DNA of 1,796 nucleotides from Escherichia coli (GTDB lineage Bacteria; Pseudomonadota; Gammaproteobacteria; Enterobacterales; Enterobacteriaceae): NCBI RefSeq assembly GCF_003334815.1, contig NZ_QOWO01000093.1; one strand, 5' to 3'. Shown piece by piece: positions 1 to 1,796 of this stretch (position 1 is its first letter; each line of letters starts with the position of its first letter). The notes under the pieces were generated by a model. It saw only the letters and a program-made list of their open reading frames with translations, ran no database searches and was not told where the DNA came from. The position numbers and the translations under genes were made by a program.

Positions 1-153
1 TTAATGAAAACACTCGATGAACTGAACCAGTCGGGAAAAGGGAAAGTGTGGTTTGCGGGGCGAGGAACCGCCCCTGAGTGGCAAATGAAACGGGAAATGC
101 TTTCTCCTGCGTATACCACCAGATGGACAGATTTGCCAGTAGCCCAGTTATGA
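1..153 (+). CDS. Possible 3' end of an upstream gene of unknown product (open frame runs from the window edge to TGA at 151-153)
   Basis: Frame 1 is open from base 1 for 50 codons to TGA at 151-153, and the stretch is less AT-rich than the intergenic region that follows. No start or RBS can be assessed, and an open frame of this length is not statistically compelling. Confidence 0.25.
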   Translation, partial: LMKTLDELNQSGKGKVWFAGRGTAPEWQMKREMLSPAYTTRWTDLPVAQL

Positions 154-177
154 ATATGTAATCCACCCATAATATTG

Positions 178-257
178 CTATCTTGTTATCTTGTTATCTT
201 GTTATCTTATTATCTTATTATCTTATTATCTTATTATCTTATTATCTTGTTATCTTA
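178..257 (+). repeat. Tandem array of ten 8-bp iterons TTATCTT[G/A]; putative centromere-like site (parC/parS-type) upstream of the par operon
   Basis: Direct read: CTATCTTG at 178-185, then perfect units at 186, 194 (G-variant), 202, 210, 218, 226, 234 (A-variant), 242 (G) and 250 (A), with a degenerate copy to about 266. Head-to-tail with no spacers. The same unit recurs downstream of the operon. Confidence 0.88.
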
Positions 258-278
258 ATTAATCTATAAATCAAATAC

Positions 279-301
279 TTAACAACTTATTAAGTTGTTA
301 A
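279..301. promoter_or_regulatory. Perfect 23-bp palindrome TTAACAACTTA-T-TAAGTTGTTAA; putative operator overlapping a candidate promoter
   Basis: Direct read: 279-289 is the exact reverse complement of 291-301 around the central T at 290. It shares its 11-bp half-site with the second palindrome at 341-371. Confidence 0.6.
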
Positions 302-307
302 TATAAC
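279..307 (+). promoter_or_regulatory. Candidate sigma70-type promoter for the par operon (-35 TTAACA at 279-284, 17-bp spacer, -10 TATAAC at 302-307)
   Basis: Hexamers match the consensus TTGACA/TATAAT at 5/6 and 5/6 with a 17-bp spacer. An alternative is -35 TTGCAT at 316-321 with a weak -10 near 339-344. Either is pattern matching only, with no transcript data. Confidence 0.3.
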
Positions 308-340
308 AAAAATAATTGCATGATTCGCGTTCAGATGGCA

Positions 341-371
341 ATATTAAGTTGTTAACTTAACAACTTAATAT
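341..371. promoter_or_regulatory. Perfect 31-bp palindrome ATATTAAGTTGTTAA-C-TTAACAACTTAATAT; putative operator or 5'UTR hairpin directly upstream of the parA RBS
   Basis: Direct read: 341-355 is the reverse complement of 357-371 around the central C at 356. Same half-site as the palindrome at 279-301 but with the arms in the opposite order. It ends immediately before GGGG (372-375) and the ATG at 381. Confidence 0.6.
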
Positions 372-380
372 GGGGCTATA

Positions 381-1007
381 ATGATAATAGTATTAGGTAG
401 TCAAAAGGGTGGGGTAGGTAAAAGTACACTGGCGGTATCTATAGCTGCGTATCTGATGTCACTAGGCAATAGAGTGATTATTGTCGACGCAGATGACCAG
501 AAATCAGTATTAACCTGGTACAACAATCGCCCTGAAGATCTCCCTCATATTCCGGTTACAGGCGCGACAGGTAACATCAAAGCCATGTTAAAGGAACACG
601 AAAAATCCTATGATTTTGTTATTGCAGACTGTGCTGGCCGTGATAGCGCAGAAATGCGTAGTGGATTGATGGCCGCAGATGTATTCATTTCTCCTTTGCG
701 CCCATCTCAGATGGACCTGGATGTTGTGCCTCATACATGCTCCGTTTTTACAGCAGCAAAAGATTTTAATGAGGATGTTCGGGGATATCTCGTTTTAAAC
801 ATGACGCCCACAAATATGTTTGTTAATGAAGCCAATGAGGCAGCTGAAGTACTTAAGGATTACCCTGAAATGCATCTGGCAAACTCCCGGGTATGTGATC
901 GTAAAGCACATCGAGATGCTTGGGCCGAATCAATGACAATTTTTGAAACGCAAAATGATAAAGCCCAGCAAGAAATCGAAGCGTTAGTGAAAGAGGTTAT
1001 TCTGTGA
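381..1007 (+). CDS. parA: ParA/MinD/Soj-family partition ATPase, small type Ib-like form (208 aa, no N-terminal HTH extension)
   Basis: Deviant Walker A KGGVGKST at residues 9-16 (nt 405-428); A'-like motif IIVDADDQ; Walker B-like hydrophobic stretch ending in Asp (DFVIADCAG). The 208-aa length matches small ParAs such as ParF. An in-frame TAA at 366-368 makes ATG 381 the first start. GGGG at 372-375 is a possible SD 5 nt upstream. Confidence 0.93.
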   Translation: MIIVLGSQKGGVGKSTLAVSIAAYLMSLGNRVIIVDADDQKSVLTWYNNRPEDLPHIPVTGATGNIKAMLKEHEKSYDFVIADCAGRDSAEMRSGLMAADVFISPLRPSQMDLDVVPHTCSVFTAAKDFNEDVRGYLVLNMTPTNMFVNEANEAAEVLKDYPEMHLANSRVCDRKAHRDAWAESMTIFETQNDKAQQEIEALVKEVIL

Positions 1008-1306
1008 GAAATAGAGCAAACACTTCACCTCGTGACGAGGCAGCATTTATTAACGGTGGCACGGCTGGCCTTGATAATACCAAAAAGTCATCAGATAAAT
1101 CATCGGTTGTAAGCAAAGCAAAACCAGTGAGTATTTCTTTTTTTGAAGAAAACCTAAAAGACATTGATGCCCTTATAACGGCTGAGATGGTTTCAGGTAA
1201 AGGCAGAGTGAATCGTTCTGATGTTGTCAGGGCGGCGGTAGAAGCACTTAAAACACTATCAAAAACAGAGGTATCACGATTGATAGCAGAAGTAAAACAA
1301 AGATAA
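1004..1306 (+). CDS. Putative centromere-binding partner protein (ParG/ParB-of-type-Ib-like): ribbon-helix-helix C-terminal domain with a basic, probably flexible N-terminal tail
   Basis: GTG start at 1004 overlaps the parA stop as GTGA. Strong SD AAGAGG at 991-996 sits 7 nt upstream. The C-terminal half reads as strand (KPVSISFFEE), helix A (NLKDIDALITAEMVS), G-x-N/S/T-type turn (GKGRVNRSD) and helix B (VVRAAVEALKTL), the RHH pattern. The N-terminal ~45 residues are low-complexity and rich in Ser/Lys/Arg. The position right after a small ParA fits a type Ib partner. Confidence 0.8.
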   Translation: MRNRANTSPRDEAAFINGGTAGLDNTKKSSDKSSVVSKAKPVSISFFEENLKDIDALITAEMVSGKGRVNRSDVVRAAVEALKTLSKTEVSRLIAEVKQR

Positions 1307-1310
1307 CACC

Positions 1311-1361
1311 TTGTTATCTTGTTATCTTGTTATCTTGTTATCTTGTTATCTTGTTATCTTC
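1311..1361 (+). repeat. Tandem array of six 8-bp iterons (5 x TTATCTTG plus terminal TTATCTTC), same unit and orientation as the upstream array; putative second centromere-like site
   Basis: Direct read: partial TTG at 1311-1313, then units at 1314, 1322, 1330, 1338, 1346 (G-variant) and 1354 (C-variant). The array begins 5 bp after the ORF2 stop codon. Confidence 0.88.
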
Positions 1362-1418
1362 AATGTATTTTAGGATGACCTATGTTGAATAGAACCTAAA
1401 ACAAAACAAATATTAATA

Positions 1419-1456
1419 GGGGTCCGCTTGGAAAAGGGAAATTTTCCCACGCTAAG
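1419..1456 (+). repeat. Left 38-bp terminal inverted repeat (Tn3-family type): GGGGTCCGCTTGGAAAAGGGAAATTTTCCCACGCTAAG
   Basis: Direct read. The GGGG start and CACGCTAAG end match the Tn3-family IR ends as I recall them (Tn21/Tn501 subgroup style). Confidence 0.8.
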
Positions 1457-1514
1457 AGAATTGAGTTGAACGAGTGGTTACATCCAGGCCAGCTAACTCA
1501 CTGAACGTAAAGGC

Positions 1515-1604
1515 TGTACGAAATGTTCCGGCCGTCCGATAACCGTTTGGCTTACTTCCGTACATTCCCTTGCGTAGATGTACAGAATTGTACGATTTCG
1601 GACA
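1515..1604. promoter_or_regulatory. Cluster of TGTAC[A/G] core motifs and TGTNCGAAAT / CGTCCGATAA-like half-sites inside the miniature element; possible recombinase (res-like) or other protein-binding site
   Basis: TGTACG at 1515-1520, CGTACA at 1559-1564 (inverted), TGTACA at 1579-1584 and TGTACG at 1589-1594, all within about 80 bp. TGTACGAAAT (1515-1524) is an imperfect inverted match to ATTTCGGACA (1595-1604), and CGTCCGATAA lies at 1533-1542. The function is inferred only. Confidence 0.3.
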
Positions 1605-1666
1605 CCAAAACCGCTGTTGTCCCGACATTCTGGCGATTCCTGAAAGTCCTTTGACTAAAAAATAGT

Positions 1667-1704
1667 CTTAACGTGGTTTATTTTCCGAATTCCAAGCGGA
1701 CCCC
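1667..1704 (-). repeat. Right 38-bp terminal inverted repeat (Tn3-family type); reverse complement GGGGTCCGCTTGGAATTCGGAAAATAAACCACGTTAAG
   Basis: Direct read and reverse complement. The first 15 bp are identical to the left IR. The inner part, GAATTCGGAAAATAAA...ACGTTAAG, resembles Tn21/Tn501-type IRs as recalled. Confidence 0.8.
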
Positions 1705-1796
1705 TATCAGGCCTGCCGTGGGGATTTTGTGGTGCGTCTCGACGGCAGCACCTGTCTGCAGTTATGGAATAAAGAAGGCAGGGTGGTACGCCGGGA

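Larger units (their letters stand above)
1419..1704. mobile_element. 286-bp miniature element bounded by Tn3-family-type 38-bp terminal inverted repeats (TIME/MITE-like or transposon relic); no transposase
   Basis: The left end (1419-1456) and the reverse complement of the right end (1667-1704) both start GGGGTCCGCTTGG and end ACG[C/T]TAAG, with 30/38 identity between them. The 210-bp interior has no ORF in the supplied track. Confidence 0.7.

Noticed and set aside
178-257. The tandem 8-bp repeats as a CRISPR array or as replication-origin iterons
   Set aside because: The units are contiguous with no spacers and far too short for CRISPR. No rep gene is present, and the adjacent genes are ParA and an RHH partner, so a centromere-like role fits better. 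An origin function cannot be formally excluded from this window alone.
314-342. Imperfect inverted repeat ATTGCAT (314-320) / ATGGCAAT (335-342) between the two palindromes
   Set aside because: It needs a one-base indel to pair and is short. It is probably chance, or part of the promoter spacer.
353-382. A near-consensus promoter: -35 TTAACT (353-358), 18-bp spacer, -10 TATAAT (377-382)
   Set aside because: The -10 overlaps the parA ATG (381-383), so transcription would begin inside the ORF, downstream of the start codon and RBS. There is no alternative in-frame start before the Walker A motif. It is more likely a chance match in AT-rich DNA.
1375-1399. ATG codons after an AGGA-like motif (1375 and 1382) as starts of a small gene
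   Set aside because: Both frames hit stop codons after 5 codons.
1367-1401. Inverted repeat ATTTTAGG ... CCTAAAA downstream of the par operon as a possible rho-independent terminator
   Set aside because: The stem is short and AT-rich, the loop is about 20 nt, and no U-tract follows. It does not meet terminator criteria.
1-1796. A wholly novel defence or other undescribed system in this window
   Set aside because: Every long ORF and repeat is accounted for by a partition cassette and a miniature Tn3-type element. There is no additional coding capacity to host a new system, and the open points are regulatory details rather than a new gene set.

Overview
This 1.8 kb window is a plasmid-type segment with two recognisable modules. 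(1) Positions 178-1361 hold a compact type Ib-like partition cassette: a small deviant-Walker-A ParA ATPase (381-1007) translationally coupled through a GTGA overlap to a 100-aa protein (1004-1306) whose C-terminal half looks like a ribbon-helix-helix DNA binder. The operon is bracketed on both sides by same-orientation tandem arrays of an 8-bp unit TTATCTT[G/A] (about 10 units upstream, 6 downstream). Two perfect palindromes (279-301 and 341-371) built from one 11-bp half-site lie between the upstream array and the parA start. (2) Positions 1419-1704 are a 286-bp element bounded by imperfect 38-bp terminal inverted repeats that start GGGG and end ACG[C/T]TAAG, the Tn3-family signature. It has no room for a transposase, so it reads as a miniature Tn3-derived element or transposon relic, and its interior carries a cluster of TGTAC[A/G] motifs. 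Nothing here requires a previously undescribed system; the partition cassette matches a known architecture. The open points are the twin-palindrome operator pair, the 8-bp iteron period, and the origin and content of the miniature element. All calls rest on reading the sequence and on recalled family knowledge; no database search was run.
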